Assembly: GCA_958354105.1 (NCBI GenBank)
Contig: CATWVA010000001.1
Coordinates: forward strand, 202,501-266,500
Length of the DNA stretch: 64,000 nt
DNA from: an uncultured Collinsella sp.
GTDB taxonomy: Bacteria > Actinomycetota > Coriobacteriia > Coriobacteriales > Coriobacteriaceae
Direction: 5' to 3'
Part shown: piece after piece, positions 28,373-39,197 of the stretch
Position numbering within the stretch: position 1 is the stretch's first letter
Layout of the letters: every line of letters begins with the position of its first letter
The notes under the pieces: generated by a model
The model's input: the letters and a program-made list of their open reading frames with translations, nothing else
Databases searched by the model: none
What the model was told of the DNA's origin: nothing
Made by a program: the position numbers and the translations under genes

Positions 28373-29167
28373 CTATCCCTGGAATACACCGGTGAGCGTG
28401 GCGAGCGCCTCGAGCACGCCGCCGCCGACCGACGTCGCCTTGTCCGAAATATAGTTGATATAGCTGGCATCGCCGCGTGGGTCGACGTCGGCGCACTTAA
28501 AGCCCTCGGCCACCTGAACGCCGTCGGCCAAAAGGCCGCGCAAGCAGCCGTCGATCTGCGTGATCATAGGCGTATCGTCCGCATAGCCAATCACGTCACC
28601 GGCGTGCACGATGTCGCCGATCGCGCGGTCGGACCTAAACACGCCAGCGGCGGGACTGTGGATAACGCGCTCCTTGCCATAGCCGGCGATGACACCCGGC
28701 ACGCCCGTATTGGGCTGGGGCGAGCCCTGGGTGATGACGCGGCCGAGGAAATGACCGCGCATGGTCTCGACCACGGCGTCGCAATCGACCGGCGCGGTAA
28801 AGCCCGGCCCCACGGCGATAACGACAGGCGCCATACCGCGCGTGGTGCCCAGGTTGCGCTTGGCCAGAATCGCGTCGACCACGGCAGCGGGTTTCAGTTC
28901 GTCGAGCATCTTGGCCTGGGGGTCCACCACCACGGCGACATCCCCCGCCTCGGTAATCGCAAGCGCCTCAGCCGGCGTCTGTGCCAAGCGAGCGCGAATG
29001 CCTTCGACCTCGACCTCGCCCAGGCGAATGGCCTCGCAAAAACAGATTGTGCGGCGGATGCACGTGGGAACCGCGATATCGGCCATGACGACCGACACGC
29101 CGGAGCGCACCAAGCGAGCGGCGACGCCCGTGGCGATATCGCCAGCGCCGCGAACATAAACGAGCAT
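28373..29167 (-). CDS. yqeB: YqeB-family accessory protein of the selenium-dependent molybdenum hydroxylase system
   Basis: 264 aa. MLVYVRGAGDIATGVAARL N-terminus. Size and context match the YqeB maturation family. Confidence 0.7.
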   Translation of the reverse strand: MLVYVRGAGDIATGVAARLVRSGVSVVMADIAVPTCIRRTICFCEAIRLGEVEVEGIRARLAQTPAEALAITEAGDVAVVVDPQAKMLDELKPAAVVDAILAKRNLGTTRGMAPVVIAVGPGFTAPVDCDAVVETMRGHFLGRVITQGSPQPNTGVPGVIAGYGKERVIHSPAAGVFRSDRAIGDIVHAGDVIGYADDTPMITQIDGCLRGLLADGVQVAEGFKCADVDPRGDASYINYISDKATSVGGGVLEALATLTGVFQG

Positions 29168-29269
29168 TCCCGGGGCACCTCCCTGTGCTACGGTTTGAGC
29201 AGAGCAAAAGCGGTTCGACCGCTACTCTGATGATTATTTATTATCACAGTATTATACGGCGGTGAACAG

Positions 29270-30004
29270 ATGAAAACGGTTAGCGGCAGCCTTGCCTCCG
29301 CGCTCAAGATCGAGCCGGGCATCACCGCGATCATCGGCAGCGGTGGCAAGTCGACCCTGCTAAAGACGCTCGGCCTTGAACTTATGCGTGCCGGCGGCCG
29401 CGTGCTCCTCTGCACCACCACGCACATGCTCCCCGTCGCAGGCGTGCCGTGGGACGGGTCGAGCCGTCGCCTGGATGCCGCACCTTGGAAGCCGGGGACC
29501 CTGCATGTTCCCGGCTGCACCTGCGAGGCCTGCACGGGGCTTGTGCGGGGAAGCATCTGCCAAGCTGGTGTCTTGGACCCCCAGACGGGCAAGCTCTCCT
29601 CCCCTGCCGAACCGCTCGACCAGCTGGCGCAGCGCTTTGACTACGTCCTGGCCGAGGCGGACGGCAGCAAGCGACTCCCACTCAAGGCGCACGCCGCCTG
29701 GGAGCCGGTGATTCCCTCTGGCACGGCCAACGTCGTCTGGATCGTCGGCGCCTCGGGGCTGGGCAAGCCCATCAACGAAGCCGTCCACCGCACCGAGCTC
29801 TTTTGCGAGCGTTGCGGCTGCGAGCTCACCGACATCGCCACACCCGAGCGCGTCGCCCAGGTGCTCAATGCCGAGATGCAGGCGCTGGGGCTCAGCACCG
29901 CACGCGTCATGCTCAACCAAGTCGACACGCTCAGCGACCCCACGATGGCAGATCGCTTCGAGGCAGCCCTCGGCCGCCCCATCGTCGTCACCAGCCTCAA
30001 GTAG
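29270..30004 (+). CDS. yqeC: YqeC-family selenium cofactor biosynthesis protein
   Basis: 244 aa. P-loop-like ITAIIGSGGKSTLL and EADGSKRLPLKA. Divergent from yqeB. Confidence 0.75.
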   Translation: MKTVSGSLASALKIEPGITAIIGSGGKSTLLKTLGLELMRAGGRVLLCTTTHMLPVAGVPWDGSSRRLDAAPWKPGTLHVPGCTCEACTGLVRGSICQAGVLDPQTGKLSSPAEPLDQLAQRFDYVLAEADGSKRLPLKAHAAWEPVIPSGTANVVWIVGASGLGKPINEAVHRTELFCERCGCELTDIATPERVAQVLNAEMQALGLSTARVMLNQVDTLSDPTMADRFEAALGRPIVVTSLK

Positions 30005-30014
30005 CCAGCCCCTG

Positions 30015-31382
30015 CTAGCGGGGCACGTAGCGACCGGGCTGGGCTCCGGTAGGCTCGCCGTCGCGCGCGGCCAGCACGCCGTTGACGAAGACGGCCTTGG
30101 CGCGGCCGTGCGCCTCAAAGCCCTCGAGCGGCGTGTAGTCCACGGCCTGATGCTGCGTCGCGGCACTGATCGTCCAGCGCGCCTTGGGATCCCACACGCA
30201 AACGTCGGCATCGGCACCCTCGGCAAGACAGCCCTTGCGCGGATACATGCCAAAGACGCGCGCCGGATTCTCACTCATCAGGCGGCACAGATCCTCGGGG
30301 CCCAGTTGTCCCTCAAAGCTCGTGGCAATCGCGACGGGGCGATGCTCCACACCGGGCCCGCCGTTGGGAATCGCGCGGAAGTCGTCGCGCCCGCGGTCCT
30401 TTTGCCCGTGCAGGTTAAAGCTGCAGTGGTCGGTCGCAATCGTATCGATCTCGCCGGCCACAAGCGCCTCGCGCAGTGCCGCACGATCACCCGCATGGCG
30501 CAGCGGCGGACTCATCACATACTTAGCGCCCGCAAAGCCGTCCTCGCCCTGCTCCAAGTAGCAAGTATCGTCGAGCATCAGATACTGAGGGCAGGTCTCG
30601 ACATAGATATTCTTCTGCCCGCGCGCCTTGGCGGCACGGATGGCCTCGAGCCCCAGCTTGGTCGAAAGGTGCACCACGTTGACCGGTGCGTCGCCGGCCA
30701 GATGCGCCAGATACAGCAGACGGCTCACAGCCTCGGCCTCGCACACATCCGGACGGCTGAGCGCATGTCCCTCGGGCCCATGAATCCCCTGCTCGTACAC
30801 GCGCTTCTGCAGCTCGTTCACGAGCGTGCCGTTCTCGCAATGCACGCACAGGATACCGCCCACGCGCTTGAGCTCCTCCAGCACCTCGAGCGTCTCGGCA
30901 TCGTCCAAGCGCAGGTGGTCATAGGCAAAGTAGATCTTGAACGACGATACGCCCGCCTCGCGCACGGACGAAAGATCGGCGCGGTTGCGCTCGTTCCACT
31001 CAGCGAGTGCCATATGAAAGGCGTAGTTGGCCGTGCAGGTGCCGTCGGCGCGGCGATGCCACTCGGCCAAGGCATCGGGCATGGTCACGCCGCGATCGGC
31101 CGTCGCGTAGTCGACGATGGTCGTCGTGCCGCCGCAGGCAGCCGCGCGCGTACCGGTCTCAAAGCTATCGGCTGTCCAATCCATGCCGGTCCAGCACTGC
31201 ATGTGCGTGTGGCCGTCGATAAAGCCGGGGAACACCCAACAGTCGGTGGCGTCCTGGACGGTATCGCCCTCGGCAGGCTCAATCGCCGCGGCGACCCGCA
31301 CGATCTTATCGCCATCCATGGCAAGATCGGCGCGGCGAAGCCCCTGGGGCGTCACGAGCGCGCCGTTTTTGATGATGATCAT
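30015..31382 (-). CDS. hyuA: D-hydantoinase / dihydropyrimidinase-family cyclic amidohydrolase (HyuA/YgeZ-like)
   Basis: 455 aa. FIDGHTH metal motif, SFKIYFAY (carboxylated Lys region) and VHCENG. Confidence 0.85.
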   Translation of the reverse strand: MIIIKNGALVTPQGLRRADLAMDGDKIVRVAAAIEPAEGDTVQDATDCWVFPGFIDGHTHMQCWTGMDWTADSFETGTRAAACGGTTTIVDYATADRGVTMPDALAEWHRRADGTCTANYAFHMALAEWNERNRADLSSVREAGVSSFKIYFAYDHLRLDDAETLEVLEELKRVGGILCVHCENGTLVNELQKRVYEQGIHGPEGHALSRPDVCEAEAVSRLLYLAHLAGDAPVNVVHLSTKLGLEAIRAAKARGQKNIYVETCPQYLMLDDTCYLEQGEDGFAGAKYVMSPPLRHAGDRAALREALVAGEIDTIATDHCSFNLHGQKDRGRDDFRAIPNGGPGVEHRPVAIATSFEGQLGPEDLCRLMSENPARVFGMYPRKGCLAEGADADVCVWDPKARWTISAATQHQAVDYTPLEGFEAHGRAKAVFVNGVLAARDGEPTGAQPGRYVPR

Positions 31383-31390
31383 GTTGCTCC

Positions 31391-32005
31391 TTATTGATTA
31401 ATACAGTTGGCCACGCGATCAAAATACGAGCAGGCCGCGATATGCTCCGTTATGCGTCGCTGCCCCTCGGCGGTATCGACATCCCACAGTTCATAGGCAC
31501 GCGCTTCGACCAGTGCAACGTCGACGCGGCCTTTGAGAATCGAGCCCCCGCCGTCCTTGCCCTCAAGACACATAAGCGCATCGAACAGTTCCGCCGGAAA
31601 GAGCACCGGGCTCGAAGGCTCACCGTTGCACGCAAGACGCACCGAATGCTTGCGGCCACGCTCGTCAAATGTACGAACCATAGCCTCAAAAGAATCCGAA
31701 CTCACGAGCGGCTGGTCGCCCGGCAAAAAGAGGCAACCTTTCCAGTTGCGTTCGGCTCCCCATGAAAGGCCCGCACGGACGCTTTCGCTGCGCAGCTCGC
31801 CATCATGCAGCACGCACGGGCAATGCTTGTCCTCGCAAATCTGAGCGACCTCGGGCCAACGCGTCGAAACCACGACATCAAAGCCCCGGGGAACCGAATC
31901 GATGGTCCGGGCAATCAGCGGCTCGCCATAGATATCGGCAAGCATCTTGTTGGAGCCAAACCGCTTGCCCTCGCCCGAAGCCATAATGACGCATCCAAGT
32001 TTCAT
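31391..32005 (-). CDS. MobA-like NTP transferase (YgfJ/MocA-type molybdenum cofactor nucleotidyltransferase)
   Basis: 204 aa from ATG 32005 (MKLGCVIMASGEGKRFGSNKML), preceded by AGGGGAGG. The track ORF starts further upstream. Confidence 0.75.
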   Translation of the reverse strand: MKLGCVIMASGEGKRFGSNKMLADIYGEPLIARTIDSVPRGFDVVVSTRWPEVAQICEDKHCPCVLHDGELRSESVRAGLSWGAERNWKGCLFLPGDQPLVSSDSFEAMVRTFDERGRKHSVRLACNGEPSSPVLFPAELFDALMCLEGKDGGGSILKGRVDVALVEARAYELWDVDTAEGQRRITEHIAACSYFDRVANCINQ

Positions 32006-32155
32006 GGTGATACCTCCCCTGAAACCATCGTACCCATAACTCGCGCCGCGGGCATCCACATCGAAAGCGCTTATCCCGCACGCCCGCGATGCAAAAAGGG
32101 GGCACCCCGCCGGTTGGCAGAGCGCCCCCTTTACATGGCTTACCTCAACCCGGCT

Positions 32156-33358
32156 TTAGGCCTGGAACCAACGGGCAGTGTTGCGCTCGTCGAGGGCCTT
32201 GAGGGTAGCGGCGGGATCGGCAACCTTCTGCAGGAACATCATGGCAGCGATGGCGTACGGCTTGTAGCTGGCCTCCTTGTACATGCCCACGCGGTGCATG
32301 TCGAAGACGTCGGCGTTAACCTCGCCGTGCTCGCAGGAGACACCGGAGATGTCGGCTGGCAGCGGGTGCATAAAGATGGTGTCCTGGCCGTTGGCAGTCT
32401 TCTCCATGAGTTCGGTCGTGGAGCACCAGTCCTGATGGGTGGCGTTCTGGGCGAGCAGCTCCTTCTCGAGCGCTGCGATGCCGGCGTCGTCGCCCTCGGC
32501 GTACAGGTTGGTGCGCTTCTCCATGGCGGCAAACGGAGCCCAGCTCTTGGGGATCACGATGTCGGCACCCTCGAAGGCCTCGGCCATGGTGTTGACCTGC
32601 TTAAAGGTGGTGCCGGACTCGGCGGCATAGCCCTTGGCGCGCTCGACGACCTCGGGCATGAGGTCGTAGCCCTCGGGGTGGGCCAGGGTGACGTCCATGC
32701 CAAAGCGAGGCAGCAGGCTGATCAGCGACTGCGGGCAGGACAGCGGCTTGCCGTAAGAGGGCGAGTAGGCCCAGGTGACGGCAACCTTCTTGCCCTTGAG
32801 GTTCTCAAGACCGCCAAACTCGTTGATGAGGTAGAGCATGTCGGCAGAGGACTGCGTGGGGTGGTCGGAATCGGACTGCAGGGAGATGAGCGTGGGACGG
32901 TGATCCAGAACGCCGTCCTCGTAGGCCTGCTGCACGGACTCGGAAACCTCGGCCATGTAGGCGTCGCCCTTGCCGATGTACATGTCGTCGCGGATGCCGA
33001 TGACGTCGGCCATGAAGGAGATCATGGTAGCGGTCTCGCGGACGGTCTCGCCGTGAGCGATCTGGGACTTCTTCTCGTCCAGGTCCTGCAGCTCAAGGCC
33101 GAGCAGGTTGGCGGCCTTAGAGAAGGAGAAGCGCGTACGGGTGGAGTTGTCGCGGAACAGGGAGACGGCCAGGCCCGAGTCGAAGATCTTGGACGAAACG
33201 TTGTTCTCGCGCAGCTCGCGCAGGGCGTCGGCGACGATGTAGAGAGCCTTGAGCTCGTCGGTGGTCTTGTCCCAAGTGTGCAGGAAGTCGCTGCCGTACA
33301 TACCCTTAAAATCGAGGCCGTTCAGCTGCTCGACGAGCTCGGTAAACTTAGCGTCCAT
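32156..33358 (-). CDS. ygeW: YgeW-type knotted carbamoyltransferase
   Basis: 400 aa. Aspartate/ornithine carbamoyltransferase fold (STRTRFSF, HPLPA-type motif) with the length and context of YgeW. Confidence 0.85.
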   Translation of the reverse strand: MDAKFTELVEQLNGLDFKGMYGSDFLHTWDKTTDELKALYIVADALRELRENNVSSKIFDSGLAVSLFRDNSTRTRFSFSKAANLLGLELQDLDEKKSQIAHGETVRETATMISFMADVIGIRDDMYIGKGDAYMAEVSESVQQAYEDGVLDHRPTLISLQSDSDHPTQSSADMLYLINEFGGLENLKGKKVAVTWAYSPSYGKPLSCPQSLISLLPRFGMDVTLAHPEGYDLMPEVVERAKGYAAESGTTFKQVNTMAEAFEGADIVIPKSWAPFAAMEKRTNLYAEGDDAGIAALEKELLAQNATHQDWCSTTELMEKTANGQDTIFMHPLPADISGVSCEHGEVNADVFDMHRVGMYKEASYKPYAIAAMMFLQKVADPAATLKALDERNTARWFQA

Positions 33359-33559
33359 GGAAATGTCCTTTCAAAAGATGAAACGATCGCAATGAGTAGA
33401 CGTGCTCCGGCATGCGCGTGTGGTTAGAACATGCAGAGCGCTATGACGAGGACCCGCTACCGTTGAGGAAGCACGGGAGATAACGACCGCGGGCCCCAAG
33501 TCAACAGGGGGTGCCGGGGACACGAGCGGCCCCCGGCTCAACAAAATCGAGGAATGGGA

Positions 33560-34945
33560 CTAATCGATCTTGTTGTTGGTCAGACCGGCGCGGAACACGG
33601 TGGCGTCGCCATCGGCCTGGCTCGGATCGTAGAGGTTCAGGGCAGCCACATACATGGCGGCAGCGGTGACCAGGTCGTCCTTGTAGGTGACCTCGTTGGG
33701 AGCGTGAGCCTGAGACTCGGCACCCGGGCCAAAGCCCACGCAGGGGATGCCGTAGCGGCCCTGGATGGAAACGCAGTTCGTGGAGAAGGTCCACTTGTCG
33801 CACAGCGGGCGACCGGTGCGCTTATCCATGCTGGGCTCGCAGCCGATGCGCTCGTCACCAAACATGGCCTTGTGGGCGTCGACAAGGGCCTTGACGTGCG
33901 GAGCGGTCTCCTTGTTGATCCACGTAGGGAAGTAAGCCTCGGTCTCGTAGACCTCGCCGGTCCAGGACGGACGGTCGTACATGTACATGGAGACCTTCAC
34001 GTCGTCGCCGTACTTCTTGGCAGCCGGCAGGTTGCGGATCTCGTCCAGGCAGGACTCCCAGGTCTCACCGGCGGTCATGCGACGGTCGATGGAGATGGCG
34101 CAGGAATCAGCCACGGCGCAACGGCTGGGGCTGGTGTAGAAAATCTGGCTGACGGTGCAGGTGCCGCGGCCCAGGAAGCGGGCGTCCTCAAAGTGCTCGG
34201 GATTGTACTTGGGGTCGAGCATCTTGACGAGGCCCTTGATGTCGGTCGACTCGTCGCAGCCGTTGTTGTTGAGGGCGCGGACGTCGGCGATGATGTCGGC
34301 CATCTTGTAGATGGCGTTGTCGCCGCGGTCGGGAGCGGAGCCGTGGCAGGAGGTACCGTGAACGTCAACGCGGATCTCCATGCGGCCGCGGTGACCGCGA
34401 TAGATGCCGCCGTCGGTGGGCTCGGTGGAAATGACGAACTCGGGCTTAATGCCGTCCTTGTTGTAGATGTACTGCCAGCACATGCCGTCGCAGTCCTCTT
34501 CCTGGACGGTGCCGACGACCATGATCTTGTAACCCTCGGGGATGAGGCCCATGTCCTTCATCATCTTGGCAGCGTAGGTAGCGGAAGCCATGCCGCCCTC
34601 CTGGTCAGAGCCGCCGCGGCCGTAGATGATCTCGTCGGTCTCGTAGCCCTCATAGGGATCGGCGTCCCAGTTCTCGATGTTGCCGATGCCGACGGTGTCG
34701 ATGTGGGAGTCGATGGCGATGATCTTGTCGCCCTCGCCCATAAAGCCCATGACGTTGCCCAGGCCGTCGACCTTGACCTCGTCATAGCCAAGGCTCTCCA
34801 TCTCGGCCTTGATGCAGGCAACAACCTCACCCTCCTCGCAGGACTCAGAAGGGTGGGAGATCATAGCGCGCAGGAAGCGAGTCATATCAGCACGATGAGA
34901 CTCAGCAGCAGCCTTGATAGCGTCGAAATCGAGTTCTTTAGCCAT
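33560..34945 (-). CDS. ygeY: YgeY-family M20 metallohydrolase (selenium metabolism-linked)
   Basis: 461 aa. M20 peptidase motifs ([19 protein letters not shown]) in ygeW/ygeX context. Confidence 0.85.
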   Translation of the reverse strand: MAKELDFDAIKAAAESHRADMTRFLRAMISHPSESCEEGEVVACIKAEMESLGYDEVKVDGLGNVMGFMGEGDKIIAIDSHIDTVGIGNIENWDADPYEGYETDEIIYGRGGSDQEGGMASATYAAKMMKDMGLIPEGYKIMVVGTVQEEDCDGMCWQYIYNKDGIKPEFVISTEPTDGGIYRGHRGRMEIRVDVHGTSCHGSAPDRGDNAIYKMADIIADVRALNNNGCDESTDIKGLVKMLDPKYNPEHFEDARFLGRGTCTVSQIFYTSPSRCAVADSCAISIDRRMTAGETWESCLDEIRNLPAAKKYGDDVKVSMYMYDRPSWTGEVYETEAYFPTWINKETAPHVKALVDAHKAMFGDERIGCEPSMDKRTGRPLCDKWTFSTNCVSIQGRYGIPCVGFGPGAESQAHAPNEVTYKDDLVTAAAMYVAALNLYDPSQADGDATVFRAGLTNNKID

Positions 34946-35019
34946 TGTTCATAACCTTTCAAACGAAGGAATCTACCTGTGAGGTGGCGGAGCGATACCT
35001 ATTTACTCCGCCCTAACGA

Positions 35020-36234
35020 TTAGCAAGTGGGATATTCGCCTTCCCAAACAATACGGCGATACTGGTCGGGGTCGGTGTCGCCCTCGGTGGAGAAGCAGAG
35101 CACGGAGCTCGTCTTGTCCAAGCCGATGAGCTCCTTGAGCTCGGCGTACTCGGGATCGAGCATGAGGGTCTCGACCAGGCCGGTGGTCACAGCGCCGGAC
35201 TCGCCGGAGATGACGCGCGGGTCGCCCTTCTCGGGAGCGCCCAGGGTGCGCATGCCGCGAGCGGTGACCCAGTCGGGGCAGGACACGAAGGCGGTGGTGT
35301 GGTTGCGCAGGATATCCCAGCCCAGGATGTTGGGCTCGCCGCAGCACAGACCGGCCATGATGGAGGGCATGTCGCCGTCCACGATGCGCGGGTCGCCGTC
35401 GCCGGCGGCAGCGCCCTTGTACAGGCAGGCGGCAGGCGCGCACTCAACCACGACGAAGGTGGGCGGGTTATCGGGATACAGGTTGGTGAAGTAGCCCACC
35501 ACGGCGCCAGCGAGCGAACCCACGCCAGCCTGGACAAACACGTGCGTCGGGCGGTTGATGGCCATCTCACGCAGCTGCTCGGCAGCCTCGGAGGCCATGG
35601 TGCCGTAACCCTCCATGATCCAGGACGGGATCTTCTCGTAGCCCTCCCAGGCGGTGTCCTGAACGATGACGCCGCGCTCGCAGGCATCGGCCTCGGCGGC
35701 GGCCATGCGCACGCACTCGTCGTAGTTGACCTCTTCGATGGTCACCGTGGCGCCCTCGGCGGCGATGTTATCGAAGCGGGGCTTGGTGGAACCCTTGGGC
35801 ATGTGCACGACAGCCTTCTGGCCCAGCTTGTTGGCAGCCCATGCCACGCCGCGGCCATGGTTGCCGTCAGTGGCGGTAAAGAAGGTGGCCTGGCCAAAGT
35901 CCTCGGCCAGCTGATTGGAGGTCAGGTAATCGAAGGTGCAGTCGGCAACGTCCTTGCCGGTCTCGTCGGCAATGTAGTTGGCCATGGCAAACGAGCCGCC
36001 CAGAACCTTAAAGGCGTTGAGGCCAAAACGATAGCTCTCGTCCTTAACGCACAGGTTGGAAAGGCCCAGGCGCGCAGCCTGACCATCCAGGCGGGCAAGC
36101 GGAGTGACGGTGTACTGGGGGAACGACTGGTGGAAGGCGCGGGCCTTCTTCACGTGGTCGAGGCTCATGATTCCCAAGTGCTTGTCATCGCTCTTGGGCA
36201 TCGTGTTGCCCGCCCACTGGATCTTATCGGCCAT
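35020..36234 (-). CDS. dpaL: diaminopropionate ammonia-lyase
   Basis: 404 aa. PLP-lyase signature DESYRFGLNAFKVLGG. ygeX-type context. Confidence 0.88.
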   Translation of the reverse strand: MADKIQWAGNTMPKSDDKHLGIMSLDHVKKARAFHQSFPQYTVTPLARLDGQAARLGLSNLCVKDESYRFGLNAFKVLGGSFAMANYIADETGKDVADCTFDYLTSNQLAEDFGQATFFTATDGNHGRGVAWAANKLGQKAVVHMPKGSTKPRFDNIAAEGATVTIEEVNYDECVRMAAAEADACERGVIVQDTAWEGYEKIPSWIMEGYGTMASEAAEQLREMAINRPTHVFVQAGVGSLAGAVVGYFTNLYPDNPPTFVVVECAPAACLYKGAAAGDGDPRIVDGDMPSIMAGLCCGEPNILGWDILRNHTTAFVSCPDWVTARGMRTLGAPEKGDPRVISGESGAVTTGLVETLMLDPEYAELKELIGLDKTSSVLCFSTEGDTDPDQYRRIVWEGEYPTC

Positions 36235-36511
36235 ACGGTGAACTCCTTAAGTCCTCTCTTGCCGGCCCCCGCATACGCGTTTCAGCCCGATCCCATTCAC
36301 ACGACTGAACTTTTATGTGGATGCCAAACAAAAAGTTTGTTAGTAATGTTCTATCACACTTTTTGATTGGTATATCTAACGAATTGTTTGTTGCCGTAAT
36401 CGGTACTTTTTCGCCGCCGAACGGTCACACAACGCAGCGACGCTTTCGTAATTTGCGAACAGGTGTGGTTTATGGCAAAGTGAGCCCAAACTAATTTTTA
36501 GGAAGGCACCC

Positions 36512-37165
36512 ATGACCCCCGCACAGATTGAGTTTTACAAGCGCCTCGCACACGGTCTGGCGCTCCAATTTGGCCCCAACTGCGAAGTCGTCGTCCACGA
36601 TCTGGAGACCGAGGACGTAGACCACTCCATCGTAGTGATCGAAAACGGCCACGTCAGCGGGCGCAAACTGGGTGACGGCCCCAGCCATATCGTGTTTGAG
36701 TCCATGCACGAGGGCGCCACCGATGTACACGACCGCGAGCCGTACCTCACTAAAACCACCGACGGTAAGCTGCTCAAATCGTCGACGATCTTTATCCGCA
36801 ACGACGAGGGCAAACCCGTCGGCATTCTGGGCATCAACTTTGACATTACGCTCATGAAGGCTTTTGAGCGTTCGCTCGACGCCTTTACCGGCACCGGCGG
36901 CACGGGCTACACCGAGCCCGAGCCCATTACCAAGAACATCGGCGACCTGCTCGAGGACCTGCTGCACGAGTGCGAGCAGTTTGTGGGCAAGCCCGCGGCG
37001 CTCATGACCAAAGACGAGCGCATTCGTGCCATTGGCTACCTCGACCGTCGCGGCGCCTTCCTCATTTCCAAGTCGAGCGAGCGCGCCTGCGAGTTCTTTG
37101 GCATCTCCAAATACAGCTTCTATAGCTACCTCAATGAGGCCAAGGCGGCGGCCGGCGACAAGTAG
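36512..37165 (+). CDS. YheO-like transcriptional regulator (PAS-like sensor plus C-terminal HTH), paralog 1
   Basis: 217 aa. CEVVVHDLE...SIVVIENGHVSGRKLGDG and the C-terminal ACEFFGISKYSFYSYLNE. Divergent from dpaL. Confidence 0.75.
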   Translation: MTPAQIEFYKRLAHGLALQFGPNCEVVVHDLETEDVDHSIVVIENGHVSGRKLGDGPSHIVFESMHEGATDVHDREPYLTKTTDGKLLKSSTIFIRNDEGKPVGILGINFDITLMKAFERSLDAFTGTGGTGYTEPEPITKNIGDLLEDLLHECEQFVGKPAALMTKDERIRAIGYLDRRGAFLISKSSERACEFFGISKYSFYSYLNEAKAAAGDK

Positions 37166-37288
37166 GCATTCGCATGGATTGCCCCTCCCCTTTTGGGCGC
37201 GAGTTCTGGAAAGCACGAATCCAAGACCGAGCCGCTTGGGAAGTTCCATATAATCGATGTCATTGGTATTTCGAAAGGGTGGAACAGA

Positions 37289-38275
37289 ATGGCGTTGAGC
37301 AAGGCATCATGCACCGGTCGCGGATTGATTCCGGCAATTGGTGGACATGTGCACCGCATGTTCGATGAGGGTGAAGACGACCTGTTTTCGCTGAGCCTTG
37401 ACGACGTAATGGATGATCGCCCGTGGACCGCCAACGAACTCATGGGCGGCGGGGCTCGCCCGTCAAGCCCCAATCCCGCACTTGCACCTAAGCCCGCATC
37501 TGCGCCGACTCCTGCGCAGTCGCCTGTTTCGACGCCCGCGCCTACGCCCGCACCCACTTCGGCGCCCACGCCCGCTCCCCGCCCCGCAAGCGACCCGTCC
37601 GAGACGGCGGCATTTCTCGCCGCAGCGACGCAGGGCAAATCGGCCGACAGCACCGTTATGTACAACGCCCAGCAGTTGCCCGTTCCTGCGGCACGCAAGC
37701 CTCCGGTCACAAGGCTCGATGAGCCCGTTGCCCGTCAGGTTGCCTACGATTCCTGGGCTGCAACCGATCTTGATGAGACCTCTACCGGCATGCCGGCGCT
37801 CGACGTTCCAGTTAACCCGCTTTTTGCCGTCAACACGAGCGCCGCGGACTATGAGGGCGGTGCGGCATATTCCGATTATTCCGATGACTATGCCGGCAAC
37901 GGTCGCATCGAGACCGAGGACTATGGCACCGCATCGAGCGATTATCTCAACGATCCGTACGCTGCCACGCCTGCACCGGAATATGACCCGGAGGCCGCGT
38001 CCGCGCCGGCGTATACCAAAAGCACGGGCGAAGAGCGTTTCGCCGATTATTACGCCGAGGAAAAGGCACTGCGTTTCTCGGAATTTCCGCAGGCAGTCAA
38101 GGTTGCCTTTATCGCCATTGTCATTGTCCTGTTCGGCGTCATTGCGTTTGAGGGATTCCAGCTGTTCCGCGGCCCCACCCAAGCGGAGTCGGAGACCCAG
38201 CAAAAAGAGGACGATAACCAGTACCTGGACATCAACACCCTCAAGGGCGACCCCAACGACGGGGACGACGAGTAG
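37289..38275 (+). CDS. Pro/Ala-rich, acidic hypothetical protein with a single C-terminal TM helix
   Basis: The ORF is open from 37193; the start is uncertain (ATG 37289 or later). It has a low-complexity PAPT region, a Tyr/Asp-rich region, then VKVAFIAIVIVLFGVIAF and an acidic tail. Confidence 0.45.
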   Translation: MALSKASCTGRGLIPAIGGHVHRMFDEGEDDLFSLSLDDVMDDRPWTANELMGGGARPSSPNPALAPKPASAPTPAQSPVSTPAPTPAPTSAPTPAPRPASDPSETAAFLAAATQGKSADSTVMYNAQQLPVPAARKPPVTRLDEPVARQVAYDSWAATDLDETSTGMPALDVPVNPLFAVNTSAADYEGGAAYSDYSDDYAGNGRIETEDYGTASSDYLNDPYAATPAPEYDPEAASAPAYTKSTGEERFADYYAEEKALRFSEFPQAVKVAFIAIVIVLFGVIAFEGFQLFRGPTQAESETQQKEDDNQYLDINTLKGDPNDGDDE

Positions 38276-38345
38276 CGAGGGCTGAAGGCGGCCGCAGGAT
38301 CCCGCATCCAGCACCGGCTTCTAAGTGCTGTTTTGTCATCCAGCT

Positions 38346-38477
38346 ACACTTTTCCGGATAATTTGCCCATCGAATTTGACACTTTTCCGAAGTTTTAAGG
38401 TGCCTATTTCGACACTTTTCCGTACTTTTACACGACTGATTTCGACACTTTTCCGGATGAAAGCCGAATAATCACTT
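38346..38477 (+). repeat. four direct repeats with exact 33-bp phasing (core acacttttccg)
   Basis: Core starts at 38346, 38379, 38412 and 38445, 11 of 11 identical. Copies 2-4 are preceded by atttcg or atttg. The remaining roughly 16 nt of each unit differ. Confidence 0.85.
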
Positions 38478-38673
38478 GGGAAACCAACGCCGTTCACGCG
38501 TCATTTCGCAGGCGGCGCTTGATTTCTGTCCGTACACGTTGATAGGCTTTCTCTTGCCCGCAAGCAGCGGGCGCGTTTTATCCAGAGTCGGGGTAGAGAG
38601 TTGGCTCCACGATCCCGACGCCAACCGGCCAAGAGGCACGGTGGCCCTGCCAACATCGATGAAAGGAGTCCGT

Positions 38674-39126
38674 ATGGACAATTTCTCCGTGCGCAGCGAG
38701 CGCAATTTCCACAACCTGACAGCCAAGCCAAAACGAATGCATCTTCTAGACGAGCCGAGCGGCTACACCTCGGCTTTGGTGAAGAACGGCCTCTCCCACC
38801 AGATGCGCTTTACCATACAGAAGCTCGAGGAAGAGCTCTGTGCTGCTGGCAACCTACATGTTCTGCAGATCAAGCTGCTCGGAGACGACTCGCGCGAACC
38901 ATCCAACTGGAAGCTCTTCGCCGACGGCGCATGCATCGCGAACGGTTCAGGAGAATTTGCCCGTGAATGCTTCTGCGAGGGAGCCGAGGTGTTCCTGGAC
39001 CTGTGCCGCGACGCCGTCGACGCGGCCGAGCTGTGCCAGTGGAGCCAAAGGGAGTACGGGCTGCTGAGTGCAGCGCGCGGGATTGCGGAGGTGCAGGTAG
39101 GCGGACCGAGCCACTCGTCATACTGA
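38674..39126 (+). CDS. hypothetical protein
   Basis: 150 aa from ATG 38674 (MDNFSVRSERNF), preceded by AAAGGAG. The track ORF starts at 38476. No family recognised. Confidence 0.45.
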   Translation: MDNFSVRSERNFHNLTAKPKRMHLLDEPSGYTSALVKNGLSHQMRFTIQKLEEELCAAGNLHVLQIKLLGDDSREPSNWKLFADGACIANGSGEFARECFCEGAEVFLDLCRDAVDAAELCQWSQREYGLLSAARGIAEVQVGGPSHSSY

Positions 39127-39197
39127 TTGACGCTTCGATTCAAACAGCAGGGCGGAGTCGCGCTTACAGCCCCGCCATGCCAAACCGAATGGCGTTC

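Noticed and set aside
38346-38477. Possible CRISPR array, because conserved cores alternate with variable segments.
   Set aside because: There are only four units, the conserved core is 11-17 nt, the period is 33 bp (far shorter than repeat plus spacer in CRISPR), the repeat has no palindromic structure, and no cas genes are in the window.
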